IMG/VR virus record: IMGVR_UViG_3300029940_000031
Origin: a virus
Length of the DNA stretch: 64,000 nt
Direction: 5' to 3' (one strand)
The stretch's first letter is position 1; every line of letters begins with the position of its first letter. The notes under the pieces are model-generated. The model did no database searches and was not told the DNA's origin. It saw only the letters and a list, made by a program, of their open reading frames with translations. Below are positions 43,479 through 53,776 of the stretch, one piece after another. A program made the translations under genes and the position numbers.

Positions 43479-46400
43479 GAGCACCTAGCGGCACACTTCA
43501 TGTCATTGATTTTAAAACGGACCAAATTGTTGCTAATATCCAGCCACAAAATTATTGGGATGATATACGTCATTGGGAGATTAAGAACAATATCGATACT
43601 TTAGAGTTTAAAGTGTTTGATAATACAGAGCATGCAGTGACACTTATGCAGCAAAATTTAGTATTAAAAGAAGTACGTGATGGACGGATTGTTCCTTATG
43701 TTATAAATAATGAAGTTGAAAAGGATTCAAGAGATAGATCACTTACTGTACGTACTTCGGGTGCATGGGTTCAGATAGCAAAAGACGGTTATATCATGCC
43801 GCAACGTATAGAAGGTAAAACAGTAAATCAATTCATGGATATGGCTCTTGTAGGTACGAAGTGGAAACGCGGAAAAACTGAGTATGCAGGTTTCCATACA
43901 ATGACCATCGATACCATTATAGATCCTCTTACCTTTTTAAAGAAGATAGCTGCTTTATTCGATTTAGAGGTTCAATACCGTGTGGAAGTAGTCGGTTCAC
44001 AGATTGTAGGTTGGTACGTGGATATGGTGAAAAAACGTGGTAGAGACACTGGTAAGGAAGTCACTTTAGGTAAAGATTTAGTCGGTGTTAGACGTATTGA
44101 GCACTCTCGGGATGTCTGTACTGCCTTAGTCGGATTCGTCCAGGGCGAAGGGGATACCATTATTACAGTTGAAAGCATTAATGATGGTTTACCTTATATT
44201 ACTGATAGCGATGCCTATCAACGCTGGAATGAGAACGGTAAACATAAATTTGGTTTCTATTCTCCGGAGACAGAAGAACAAAATATGACACCAAAGCGTC
44301 TCCTTACTCTTATGAAAACAGAGTTCGCAAAACGCGTTAATACTTCTGTTGTTTACGATGTAGAAGCAGCGGCTATAGGGCGTGTATTCGGATTATCTCA
44401 CGAGCTAATTAATGAAGGCGATACAATTCGAATTAAAGATACTGGATTTACACCGAAACTTTATTTAGAAGCACGGGTAATCGGTGGTGATGAATCATTT
44501 ACAGACCCTTCACAAGATAAATATGTATTTGGTGATTATCGCGAAATTACCGATCCGAATGAAGAAATGCGGAAATTATACAATAGGCTTCTTGGGCAAT
44601 TAACTGGTAAGGCAAACAAAGAATTGTTGGATCAGCTAGAAAAATTGGTAGAAGAGAACGGAAAAACAATTGAAACCATACGAGAAGAGTCTAAAGCCGT
44701 TAAAGAGTTAGCACAAAAAGTTCAAGAAAATTTGAAGAATAATACCGTTAATATCATTGAATCTAAGCAGCCACCCACAGAGAATCTTCAAATTGGTAAA
44801 ACGATATGGCGAGATATTAGTACCGGTAAGCCTGGTTTTTTAAAAGTGTGGAACGGTAAGGATTGGGAACTTCTTATTCCTGATGTAGAGTCAGTAAAGG
44901 AAGAAACACTGAAACAAGTTAATAAAGATATTCAGCTTACAAAAGAAGAATTAAACAAAAAAGTAGAAGAAGCGCAAAGTGAAACCAATGGACAATTTAA
45001 GGAAGTTAAAAACAGTCTCCAAGGAGTTTCACAAACTATTAAAAATGTACAAAACTCTCAAGGTGAAATTAATAAAACTGTTTCTGAAATGAAACAAACT
45101 AACGAGGGTTTTACTAAATCTATTGAATCGTTAACAAAAAAAGATGGTGAAATCGCTGAAAAATTAAATAAAGTGGTAGAGACTGCTGAAGTTACGAAAA
45201 AGACCATCTCTGAGGTGCAGCAAACAACTAATAATCTAAAGAAAACCACAACTGAAATTACAGAAAAAGCTGGCCAGGTTAGTGAGAAGTTGGAGAGCGT
45301 AGAAAAGAAAGTTAATAATGATAAAGCTGGAGGACGTAATCTTTTATTAGATTCAAATGTTAAATACGAAAAAACAGATTATCTAATCAATCCATATTCT
45401 TTAACTGAAAATTTTGTTGCAGGCGAGGAATACACTTTTGTAATTAAAGGAAGTGTCCCGCAAGGCCAACAATTTGGAATTTGGCAGAATGGTGGTTCAA
45501 ATAATGTTGGATATGCAACAAGTGCCTATGCTAACGGAATAACTTATGTAACTTTCAAAGCTGTTGCAACTACAAGTGGGAATGAACGGAGATTAAACTT
45601 ATATAATTATCCAAATAATGCTACAAAGGCAATTGTAGAATGGGTTGCTTTATATAAAGGGAATAAGCCGCAGGATTGGACACCAGCTCCAGAAAATCAA
45701 GTAACGAATGATGAATTCACTAAAAAAACAACCGAGATTGAAAAAAGTGTGAATGGTATTAAAGAAAGTATTAAAACGGTAGAAAAAACACAAGTCGATT
45801 TTAGCGAGCGTGTGACTACTGTAGAGAAAACAGCAGACGGTATTAAAGAAAAAGTTACTAGTTTACAAGAGATACAAACTAAACAAGGTACGCAGTTACA
45901 GGAGGCTAAAGCAGGTTGGGAAACTACTGCAAAAGCTTTGGAAGGAAAAGTTGAAATAAAAGATGTTGAAGATTATGTTGGTGGGATCGGTAATCAAACT
46001 GTATTACGGAATGTTCTTTGGAAGAATGACACAAAATATTGGGTTCTTCAATCAGGTGCAACAAGAGATACACAAGTCACTTATAAGGGATGCAATTCAC
46101 TTAGTGTTATTACTGCAGGTAATGCGAGCAATTTGTATAAAGGTGCATCGCACGAGTATATAAATGCGGGGCCTGGATGGAATTATGTTTTCTCTGCTTA
46201 CTTTTATACAGATAACAAAGCTAGTATAGATGCCGGAGCTGCTATCGAGCTCCAATGTTACGATGTAAACAATAAAATGATTAAAAGTTACTTGCAAGAA
46301 ATAACTATTTCACAAGGAACATGGATTCGTACACATGTGGCAGGGCTATTAATCGAAGGCACAAAAAAAGTTAAAGTGCTGTTTTGGGTTCGTAAAAATG

Positions 46401-47791
46401 GTCGTCTATGGATGGCACAACCCATGCTACAAATTGGTGATAAACCTTCTTCGTTTATGGAGAACCCTGTTGATATTGTAGATAAAGATAAAATCATGGA
46501 AGAATTGGCCGATAAGATAGCAACTAAAGATTACGATAGAAAAGTAACCGAATTAGAAAGAGGTATTAGCGCTACTGCAGAAGGCGTCGAAATAACATCG
46601 AAGAAACAAGAAAAGTTTATTAATGAGACTTACGCCGTTTATGTAAAAGAAACGGGTTCTAAACTTAAAGTTCTTGATGAAGGAATCCTTGCAGAAGTTA
46701 AAAAAGGTAATATCATCGCAGCTATTAACTTTTCATCGGAAAAATTAGAAATTGATGTTTCAAAGGTAGCCATTAATGCCGATACAATGGTGAAATGGTT
46801 AACCGCAAAGGGTATTGATACAAATATCATCAAAGTTAATGGCGATAAAATTACCATCGATAAAAACGGCGTTACTATTAAAATGTTAGACTTCCTTTTT
46901 GAAGATGAATGGGGAACGAAAACAACTGTTATGCCAAAACGAAATTTAATAGCCGATCATGATTTTTCTAGTGTTCCAAAATTGAACATAGGTAACCCAA
47001 ATTATCAGGGGTTTGGTGCTGGATATGGTCTACCTTGGAAAGTACAAGGAAACGGTGTAGTGATAGAAAATAACACTTTTATATTTAACTATGAACAAAT
47101 GGTAAATGCAGTCCGTGTCGACACGTATAATTATCCAGAAACAAAGGTTCAAAACGGGATTCATCCAGGAAACTCTTATACATTGTCAGCACATTATAGA
47201 ACCGCACAGATTAACGGTGTGCGTACAACTGCAAAACCACGATTGCAGGTATGTTTTGTTACGCCATTGGATGAAGTGAGTTATAAAATTTGGCATGAAA
47301 TATATAAAGATTTTCCAGAGCCATCTACATTTTATGGTGAAATTAGAAGGTATAATTTCACATTTACCGTTCCTAACAATTACAATCCACAAGAACATAT
47401 GATTGTAGTTAAAGTTACAGCTGCAAATGCGCAAGTTTCTGCGGGGAGGGCTGTTTGTGTTTCAGGGATAACATTGGTTAGTGGTAACTATGCTTGCATG
47501 TATAACTGGGATCGTGCGGCAGCAGAAAGGGCCGATGGTCTTCAACCGTTTAATAGAATTGCTATAGGCAGCGTAAATAACAACATAGGTCCAGCTGCTC
47601 ATGGGCAGACCTTTGATATAAGTACAGAAAAGGATGTATTCATAAATCAACCTATTCTAACGCAGGGAATAAATTTAGGGCGTAATAAAATGGGCCAAGC
47701 TGGGTCCATTCGTTTCTTTGATGGCGGTCAAGGCTATGGGTTTTATTTTATGGGAATGGGAGGACAATGGTACAAGCTACCTAACGTTTAG
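43475..47791 (+). CDS. Tail-associated protein / receptor-binding fibre (Tal-type N-terminus, coiled-coil middle, beta-rich C-terminal modules)
   Basis: 1438 aa; ATGA coupling to Dit; long heptad-like region at aa ~380-620. Confidence 0.8.
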   Translation: MRAPSGTLHVIDFKTDQIVANIQPQNYWDDIRHWEIKNNIDTLEFKVFDNTEHAVTLMQQNLVLKEVRDGRIVPYVINNEVEKDSRDRSLTVRTSGAWVQIAKDGYIMPQRIEGKTVNQFMDMALVGTKWKRGKTEYAGFHTMTIDTIIDPLTFLKKIAALFDLEVQYRVEVVGSQIVGWYVDMVKKRGRDTGKEVTLGKDLVGVRRIEHSRDVCTALVGFVQGEGDTIITVESINDGLPYITDSDAYQRWNENGKHKFGFYSPETEEQNMTPKRLLTLMKTEFAKRVNTSVVYDVEAAAIGRVFGLSHELINEGDTIRIKDTGFTPKLYLEARVIGGDESFTDPSQDKYVFGDYREITDPNEEMRKLYNRLLGQLTGKANKELLDQLEKLVEENGKTIETIREESKAVKELAQKVQENLKNNTVNIIESKQPPTENLQIGKTIWRDISTGKPGFLKVWNGKDWELLIPDVESVKEETLKQVNKDIQLTKEELNKKVEEAQSETNGQFKEVKNSLQGVSQTIKNVQNSQGEINKTVSEMKQTNEGFTKSIESLTKKDGEIAEKLNKVVETAEVTKKTISEVQQTTNNLKKTTTEITEKAGQVSEKLESVEKKVNNDKAGGRNLLLDSNVKYEKTDYLINPYSLTENFVAGEEYTFVIKGSVPQGQQFGIWQNGGSNNVGYATSAYANGITYVTFKAVATTSGNERRLNLYNYPNNATKAIVEWVALYKGNKPQDWTPAPENQVTNDEFTKKTTEIEKSVNGIKESIKTVEKTQVDFSERVTTVEKTADGIKEKVTSLQEIQTKQGTQLQEAKAGWETTAKALEGKVEIKDVEDYVGGIGNQTVLRNVLWKNDTKYWVLQSGATRDTQVTYKGCNSLSVITAGNASNLYKGASHEYINAGPGWNYVFSAYFYTDNKASIDAGAAIELQCYDVNNKMIKSYLQEITISQGTWIRTHVAGLLIEGTKKVKVLFWVRKNGRLWMAQPMLQIGDKPSSFMENPVDIVDKDKIMEELADKIATKDYDRKVTELERGISATAEGVEITSKKQEKFINETYAVYVKETGSKLKVLDEGILAEVKKGNIIAAINFSSEKLEIDVSKVAINADTMVKWLTAKGIDTNIIKVNGDKITIDKNGVTIKMLDFLFEDEWGTKTTVMPKRNLIADHDFSSVPKLNIGNPNYQGFGAGYGLPWKVQGNGVVIENNTFIFNYEQMVNAVRVDTYNYPETKVQNGIHPGNSYTLSAHYRTAQINGVRTTAKPRLQVCFVTPLDEVSYKIWHEIYKDFPEPSTFYGEIRRYNFTFTVPNNYNPQEHMIVVKVTAANAQVSAGRAVCVSGITLVSGNYACMYNWDRAAAERADGLQPFNRIAIGSVNNNIGPAAHGQTFDISTEKDVFINQPILTQGINLGRNKMGQAGSIRFFDGGQGYGFYFMGMGGQWYKLPNV

Positions 47792-47802
47792 GAGGAAAAT
47801 AT

Positions 47803-48171
47803 ATGAATGATTACAAAGATTTACAAGGTTACCCCTTACAAGCAGGGCAAGGTGCTCCGTTTGCTGGTAGGTTAGTAGATTCAGAAAGAAACGAAAACGG
47901 AGTATTTGTGCGAATTCCTTTTGATATGCTAAACAATGCCGGTTTATATGGTGCGAATAAAGTAGAGGTGTGGGGAGAAACAGATGGAACGATATATTTC
48001 CGTATTGCAACAAGATGCGAAATATGTAAACGTGGCGCGCGTTTGTATGAATTAGAAACGGGTTTTGGGAAAAAGAGACTTTGTTCTGATGATTATTTTT
48101 CATTTACTGGTCAACGCCCTCCGCAAGAGACACAAAAAACTGAAAATAAAACGCGAATAGAGCAGCCATAA
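47803..48171 (+). CDS. 122-aa protein: AbrB/SpoVT-like N-terminus (?) plus a CxxC...C motif
   Basis: FVRIPFDMLNNAGLYGANKVEVWGE; CEICKRG...LCSDD; lies between the fibre and holin genes. Confidence 0.6.
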   Translation: MNDYKDLQGYPLQAGQGAPFAGRLVDSERNENGVFVRIPFDMLNNAGLYGANKVEVWGETDGTIYFRIATRCEICKRGARLYELETGFGKKRLCSDDYFSFTGQRPPQETQKTENKTRIEQP

Positions 48172-48210
48172 GCTGGTCTTTATTTATTATCTAAAAAAGG
48201 AGAGGAAAAG

Positions 48211-48636
48211 ATGGATCGTATTGATGTATTATTAAAAACCTTTATTGCCACTTTTGGTGGCTTCTGTGGGTATTTCTTGGGAGGATGGGATGCAACATTG
48301 AAAGTTCTAGTAATCATGGCAGCTATCGACTATATCACAGGAGTAGTTGCAGCAGGATATAACGGAGAATTAAAAAGTAAAGTTGGTTTCAAAGGCATCG
48401 CCAAAAAGGTGGTGCTTTTTCTTTTGGTCGGAGCGGCTGCACAACTAGATTCAGCACTTGGAAGTAACAGTGCAATTCGTGAAGCGACTATCTTCTTCTT
48501 CATGGGTAATGAGCTACTTTCACTTTTAGAAAATGCTGGTCGAATGGGTATTCCGTTGCCACAAGCTTTAACAAATGCAGTTGAAATTTTAGGTGGTAAA
48601 CAAAAACAAGAAGAGAAAAAGGGAGATGTTCAATAA
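48211..48636 (+). CDS. Holin (holin_4_1 / toxin-secretion holin family)
   Basis: Three TM helices; AIDYITGVVAAGYNGELKSKVGFKGIAKKV signature. Confidence 0.85.
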   Translation: MDRIDVLLKTFIATFGGFCGYFLGGWDATLKVLVIMAAIDYITGVVAAGYNGELKSKVGFKGIAKKVVLFLLVGAAAQLDSALGSNSAIREATIFFFMGNELLSLLENAGRMGIPLPQALTNAVEILGGKQKQEEKKGDVQ

Positions 48637-49571
48637 TGGAAATCAGAAAAAAATTAGTTGACCCAAGTAAATATGGTACAAAGTGTCCGTATACAATGAA
48701 CCCTGAATTAATCACGGTCCACAATACTTACAACGATGCTACAGCAGAAAACGAAGTGGCTTATATGATTCGTAACGATAATCAGGTTTCGTTTCATATC
48801 GCGGTAGATGATAAGGAAGCTGTACAAGGAATTCCTTTAGAGCGTAACGCGTGGCATTGTGGCGATGGTGGCGGAAATGGTAATAGAAAGTCTATCGGGG
48901 TTGAGATTTGCTACTCTTTAAACGGTGGAGATCGATATTATAAAGCTGAAGATAATGCAGCCATCATTGTAGCTCAACTGATGAAACAGTACAATATTCC
49001 GATTAGCAAAGTTCGTACACACCAATCGTGGAGTGGGAAATATTGTCCGCATCGAATGTTAGCAGAAGGACGTTGGGATAACTTTATCGAAAGAGTCCGA
49101 AACGCATATTACGGTGGTGAAAATAACGTATCCCCAACCCCTACACCGCCTTCAAATAGTGAGACAGGCATTGCATATATTGAAGGGAATAATGTTAATC
49201 TTCGTAAAGGTCCAGGTACAGGATATGGAGTTATTCGCCAATTAGGTAAAGGTGAGTCCTACCAAGTATGGGGCGATTCAAATGGGTGGCTAAACTTAGG
49301 CGGCGATCAGTGGGTATATAATGATTCATCATATATTCGTTATACAGGAGGGGATACACCGGAATCTTCTAAACCTACAAATGATGGCATTGGTGTAGTG
49401 ACCATTACAGCTGATGTATTACGTGTTCGTACTGGTCCGAGAACTAACTATGGCGTCGTGAAGAATGTGTATCAAGGTGAAAAATATCAAACGTGGGGAT
49501 ATAGAGACGGTTGGTATAATGTTGGTGGCGACCAATGGGTTTCTGGTGAATATGTAAAGTTTGAAAAGTAA
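48636..49571 (+). CDS. Endolysin: N-acetylmuramoyl-L-alanine amidase (Amidase_2/PGRP) plus two SH3b-like repeats
   Basis: ITVHNTYNDATAENEVAYM...FHIAVDD...NAWHCGDG; duplicated C-terminal GW(L/Y)N(L/V)GGDQWV modules. Confidence 0.9.
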   Translation: MEIRKKLVDPSKYGTKCPYTMNPELITVHNTYNDATAENEVAYMIRNDNQVSFHIAVDDKEAVQGIPLERNAWHCGDGGGNGNRKSIGVEICYSLNGGDRYYKAEDNAAIIVAQLMKQYNIPISKVRTHQSWSGKYCPHRMLAEGRWDNFIERVRNAYYGGENNVSPTPTPPSNSETGIAYIEGNNVNLRKGPGTGYGVIRQLGKGESYQVWGDSNGWLNLGGDQWVYNDSSYIRYTGGDTPESSKPTNDGIGVVTITADVLRVRTGPRTNYGVVKNVYQGEKYQTWGYRDGWYNVGGDQWVSGEYVKFEK

Positions 49572-49737
49572 AATATATTACTATGCAAAAGAATAGTTTG
49601 GTAAAAAACAAAGGCTGTCCTTAATGGGGAGTCTTTTTTGTCAATGGATCACCACAATATAAAGTTCACAATAGCAAAGGGAAAACATACTATATTACTG
49701 CAAATGAAGCCTATGTGTATGTGAAGTGAGAAGAAAA

Positions 49738-49767
49738 AGACCGCCCTTTTTTTGGGAAGGGCGGTCT
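49738..49767. terminator. Bidirectional terminator
   Basis: AGACCGCCCTT / AAGGGCGGTCT 11-bp stem. Confidence 0.85.
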
Positions 49768-49771
49768 AATA

Positions 49772-50074
49772 TTATTTACTTTCGTTTAATATACTTTGAA
49801 GTGATTGTTCTACCTTATGCATTTCACCTAATACAGGGTTGTCATAGTCACTTGAACAATCAAGATATGCTCTTACTCCACCAAAAATTTTGAAATCCAC
49901 TCTAGATAGTGAAGTATGTTCTTTAGTTTCTAAAATGGTTACAGCTGATTTATAGCGTTTAATTATATCATCAATCATTCTTTTGCCTTTTACTTGATTT
50001 TCTTTTTCAAGAGTTTGAATGATGTTATTCATTTGTTTTTTTAATTCAGTAATATTTTGGTCCTGTGTAAGCAT
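49772..50074 (-). CDS. Putative immunity protein for the LXG toxin
   Basis: 100 aa, acidic, immediately 3' of the toxin gene (25-nt gap). Confidence 0.6.
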   Translation of the reverse strand: MLTQDQNITELKKQMNNIIQTLEKENQVKGKRMIDDIIKRYKSAVTILETKEHTSLSRVDFKIFGGVRAYLDCSSDYDNPVLGEMHKVEQSLQSILNESK

Positions 50075-50099
50075 TTAAATACCTCCATTTTCATTTCAA

Positions 50100-51470
50100 T
50101 TACTTATTTGGTACTTTTCGTACATCTGAAATCCATTCTAAAGGCCAGTTTTGTGGAAGTAAAACTTGATCTCCACCACCTTTCAACGTAGTCCCGCTCA
50201 TTGTGTATTGTTCAGCTACTTTTCCAAGATTAAGAGTTTCGCCTTCCGGAACTTTAATCGTAGCCTCATACATTCTACTATTTTTCCATTCCGGTAAAAG
50301 AGCTGTATCTAGTTTCGCTTGTATTCGATTTTGAGCGGGGACAGTTGTAGCGAAACCACCGCCTGCATCAGCACTATGCCCAAATGTACGATATAATGTT
50401 ACCTCTTCATTAGTTTTTACAGTTCTAAATACTCCATCTGTAAATGAATCTCCAATCCAAGGTGGTAAATTCGCTTTTTCTATTTCAGTTACTTGATGAT
50501 CGATACTTGTAGCATATTTTTTTATGTCTGAGGCACGATCAGCTTTTTTAATAGTATTAGCAGCTTCAACTGCATTCGCAGTCATTTTTACCCCTTTGCC
50601 AACTTTGGCAATTTTTCCGACTGGTGTAAGACCAGCTACAGCCATTCCTCCAGCAAAAACCCTTTCCCAAGTGGAAAGTTTTTCGCCAGTAGATGGATCG
50701 ATACCGTCCCAAGCACGACGAACATCGTATTCACCACTTATTTCACCAGCAATATCTCTAGCTAATTTTTTACCATCAAATCCTTTTTCCTCCGAAGAAA
50801 GTTTACCACACATTGCACCTTCTTCGATTGATTTATCAGCCTGACGCTTCCTATCTTCTTCAATCGCTTGAATAGAAGTAGTCCACTCCATATTCAACAC
50901 TTGCGTACTAAATGTTCCGCTTGCAGGACTAAATCCTTTGCCACTTTGCACTTCCGCAAGACCTTGTGCGATACTCGCAGCTAGTTGAAGTGCTGTAGCA
51001 TAGTTATTGCTAGACGCTTGATTAAATTCATATAGGTGATTTAACTTTTCTTGAAGTTTGTGTCTCATGACAGTAAAAAGATTCGCCATAGCGTCCATAC
51101 TTGGCATCGGCATAGCTTGACTGATAGCTTCCATACTTGCCTTCATTCGGTCAATTTCTCGAATTTGTTCTAATATTTCTTGTTCAATTACATCAGTTGA
51201 AGCGACCTGTGATTGAAATTGACTTGGAAAGGCATCATTCTGATGAATTAGTTCTTCACACAAGTAAATAATCCCTTGGGCTAAGGGACGGAAGGTTTGT
51301 ACAAAAAATGCTTTGGCACTACTATATGTTTGTCCTTGTAGAACAGTATCAATTGCAAAAGCATCAATCGACTGAATAACTTGTTCCATACCTTGAATGG
51401 TAGCGGTACATACAGCATTCATATCTTGTGTTTGTGTATGCACTTCCCCTAAATACATATTTAAACTCAA
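50100..51470 (-). CDS. LXG-domain polymorphic toxin (T7SSb substrate type) with a TNT/NADase-like C-terminal domain
   Basis: N-terminus IDAFAIDTVLQGQTYSSAKAFF (LxG); C-terminus LYRTFG...GGGFATT...ALLPEW...GKVAEQ...LKGGGDQVLLP resembles the TNT-type pattern (tentative). Confidence 0.7.
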   Translation of the reverse strand: MSLNMYLGEVHTQTQDMNAVCTATIQGMEQVIQSIDAFAIDTVLQGQTYSSAKAFFVQTFRPLAQGIIYLCEELIHQNDAFPSQFQSQVASTDVIEQEILEQIREIDRMKASMEAISQAMPMPSMDAMANLFTVMRHKLQEKLNHLYEFNQASSNNYATALQLAASIAQGLAEVQSGKGFSPASGTFSTQVLNMEWTTSIQAIEEDRKRQADKSIEEGAMCGKLSSEEKGFDGKKLARDIAGEISGEYDVRRAWDGIDPSTGEKLSTWERVFAGGMAVAGLTPVGKIAKVGKGVKMTANAVEAANTIKKADRASDIKKYATSIDHQVTEIEKANLPPWIGDSFTDGVFRTVKTNEEVTLYRTFGHSADAGGGFATTVPAQNRIQAKLDTALLPEWKNSRMYEATIKVPEGETLNLGKVAEQYTMSGTTLKGGGDQVLLPQNWPLEWISDVRKVPNK

Positions 51471-51539
51471 AAATCTCCCCCCCCTTTTTTAAACAAGTAA
51501 ATCATACCAATTTAAGGAGGAAAATGTAAAAATATTTTT

Positions 51540-51881
51540 TTATTTAGCATCAATAATATCAATAAATTTCAACGTTATTTTATTATAAAATGCATCCGTA
51601 CAAATTATAGATTTATTCAACGGATCAATATCAATGACGGTCATATAGCTAGTAAGTAAAAATCCATCTTCATAATATGTAATCAATATTTCTTCTTCAG
51701 AAAGCAGCGAACATAATAGTGTATTCTCAATAAGTTCTTGTTCATCCTGGGTTAATGTAGGGCGTTCTACTTTTGTCTTGTTTTTAATAATCTCACAGAT
51801 ACCTACGAATTGTTCTGGCATCGCTGCGAATGGAGTCCATTTAACCATTCCTCTTCCTTTTGGCATATTAGCGTTGTTCAT
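51540..51881 (-). CDS. yolD: YolD-like protein
   Basis: MPKGRGMVKWTPFAAMPEQF motif; overlaps the polymerase stop. Confidence 0.8.
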   Translation of the reverse strand: MNNANMPKGRGMVKWTPFAAMPEQFVGICEIIKNKTKVERPTLTQDEQELIENTLLCSLLSEEEILITYYEDGFLLTSYMTVIDIDPLNKSIICTDAFYNKITLKFIDIIDAK

Positions 51882-53143
51882 GATTTATGTCCCCCTAACA
51901 ATGTGTTTCTGTATCTTGCTGTTGCACTATTTGTATACGAAATTCCTCTTAATATGCTGTTCTTACCAAATTTAGTGCGTATTTCGTCCATTACTTTCGT
52001 TAGTTTCATTTCTTTTTCTCGTTGTATTACATTATAGAATAGTGAGATTTGTTCTTCGCCTTCATGGATTAAGTTAGTTAAAGAAACATTTATGGATCTA
52101 ATGGGCTCCCCAGTGTAAAACTTGTGTAAAAAATATGTACAAATCTTATATATATCCATTGTTAAATTGGTCGGTCGGTTCATAGTGTGAGTTTTTCTGA
52201 AGCCACCAGAGTAATTTCTGCTATAACCAATGGAAAAATGAACAGTTTGAGCTAGTTTGTTTTGCCTTCGCATTCGATAACAAACTTCTTCTATATGCTC
52301 CAGTAGAATAATTGGAAACTCTTCTATGGTGTAATCGCGCATAAGTATTTGGCTTTTACCAATAGAAGTTGTTGCTGGAACATATTTTTCTGATATACGG
52401 CTAAAATCTATGCCGTTGCTATGTAAGTGCAATTCTTCGCCAATGACCCCGAAGCTTTGTTTTAAGTATTTAAGTGGGTATTGCGCTAAGTCTCCGATTG
52501 AATGAATTCCTTTTCGGTTTAACTTCGCTTCTGTTTTACCCGAAATCCCCCAAAACTTACTAAGTGGTTGTATTGGCCATAATTTTATGGGTACATTTTC
52601 GTACTTCCAGTATGCTATGCAATCTTTCGTTTTCTTCGCTTCTACATCTAAGGCAACCTTGCTCATTAAAGGGTTTGGACCAATTCCTATCGTGCATTCA
52701 ATTCGCGTCTTAGCATATATCTCTCGTTTGAATTTCAATGCAAATTCATATGGATCATTAGCAAATAAATGAATACTATCCGTAATGTCCATAAAGAACT
52801 CATCGATGGAATATTGGTGAAAATCCTCAATTGGCACGTATTGTAGGGCCAACTTAGTAATGAAATTAGAACATTTTATGTAAGTACTCATAATTGGATT
52901 TATCACAAGGATATCTTTACGACGTGGTATCTCATACAATCTCGCCATTTTCTTAACGCCTAATGCTTTTAATGGTGGAGTTGCAGCCAAAACAATTGAA
53001 CCACTCCTATTCACATCACCAACTACAGCCAATTTAGTATGAAGTGGGTCTAATCCCATTTTGATGCACGATACACTGGCATAGAACGAACGAAGATCTA
53101 CACATAAAACAATTCGATTTGGCAATATTGAATAGTCATACAC
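51878..53143 (-). CDS. Y-family (UmuC/UvrX-like) translesion DNA polymerase
   Basis: VLCVDLRSFYASVSC... N-terminal motif; 421 aa; GTG after GGGGG. Confidence 0.85.
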   Translation of the reverse strand: MYDYSILPNRIVLCVDLRSFYASVSCIKMGLDPLHTKLAVVGDVNRSGSIVLAATPPLKALGVKKMARLYEIPRRKDILVINPIMSTYIKCSNFITKLALQYVPIEDFHQYSIDEFFMDITDSIHLFANDPYEFALKFKREIYAKTRIECTIGIGPNPLMSKVALDVEAKKTKDCIAYWKYENVPIKLWPIQPLSKFWGISGKTEAKLNRKGIHSIGDLAQYPLKYLKQSFGVIGEELHLHSNGIDFSRISEKYVPATTSIGKSQILMRDYTIEEFPIILLEHIEEVCYRMRRQNKLAQTVHFSIGYSRNYSGGFRKTHTMNRPTNLTMDIYKICTYFLHKFYTGEPIRSINVSLTNLIHEGEEQISLFYNVIQREKEMKLTKVMDEIRTKFGKNSILRGISYTNSATARYRNTLLGGHKS

Positions 53144-53163
53144 CGTTATTCCCCCTAAATAAC

Positions 53164-53200
53164 AGAACGTTAGTTCTTATTATATACGAATGTATGTTCT
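53164..53200 (-). promoter_or_regulatory. Two LexA (Cheo) boxes flanking a TATAAT -10 element
   Basis: AGAACGTTAGTTCT (53164-77) and CGAATGTATGTTCT (53187-200) match GAAC-N4-GTTC; minus-strand TATAAT at 53184-53179. Confidence 0.75.
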
Positions 53201-53255
53201 TTTATGAAGAGGTTTTTATAAAAAAATAAAAATAGCCCCACCGGTTTTAGTGAAG

Positions 53256-53486
53256 CTACATCCAAAATTCATTTTCATTTATGTTTTTCCCTAACTTCTT
53301 CAATCCCCTTGTTATTTGGGATATAGTCGAAAATTTAGGTGTGTATTCTTTATCATTACAAACTTTTGAAATAGTACCCCTACTCAACTTAGCAGCCTTC
53401 TCTAATTCCCCTTGTGTGATTCCTTGTTTATCTAACCACTTACCAAATTTACTACGTTTTTTGCCTAATCCAAACACCTTTACCAC
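53256..53486 (-). CDS. XRE-family HTH protein
   Basis: GITQGELEKAAKLSRGTISKVCND; start codon uncertain. Confidence 0.7.
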   Translation of the reverse strand: MVKVFGLGKKRSKFGKWLDKQGITQGELEKAAKLSRGTISKVCNDKEYTPKFSTISQITRGLKKLGKNINENEFWM

Positions 53487-53776
53487 CTCATGAATAGCTT
53501 GCCCTTTTCGTCATTTTTTTAAACACGAGAAAAAAACTGACATAAAGACCAAACAGTACACAATACTCTTTACCATACCAAACAAATTACGATTCTCAGT
53601 TCCGATTTGATAGCCTGTTAAAACTTCGTTTCACCTATTCCGAATAGAATACGGTCACAGAATAATACTTTAGACATTGAAAGATTAGTATTTTCAATGA
53701 TTCATAGCTGTTTTTATCTCTTCTAATCTTCAGGGACTATTCTTGCAGAATACAGAAAGAACGGTGGTGTGAGTTT

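Noticed and set aside
49640-49727. Short open frame ...NGSPQYKVHNSKGKTYYITANEAYVYVK* after the endolysin as a relic of another lysin cell-wall-binding domain
   Set aside because: It is only ~30 codons with no start, and my recollection of similar C-termini is too vague to support a call.
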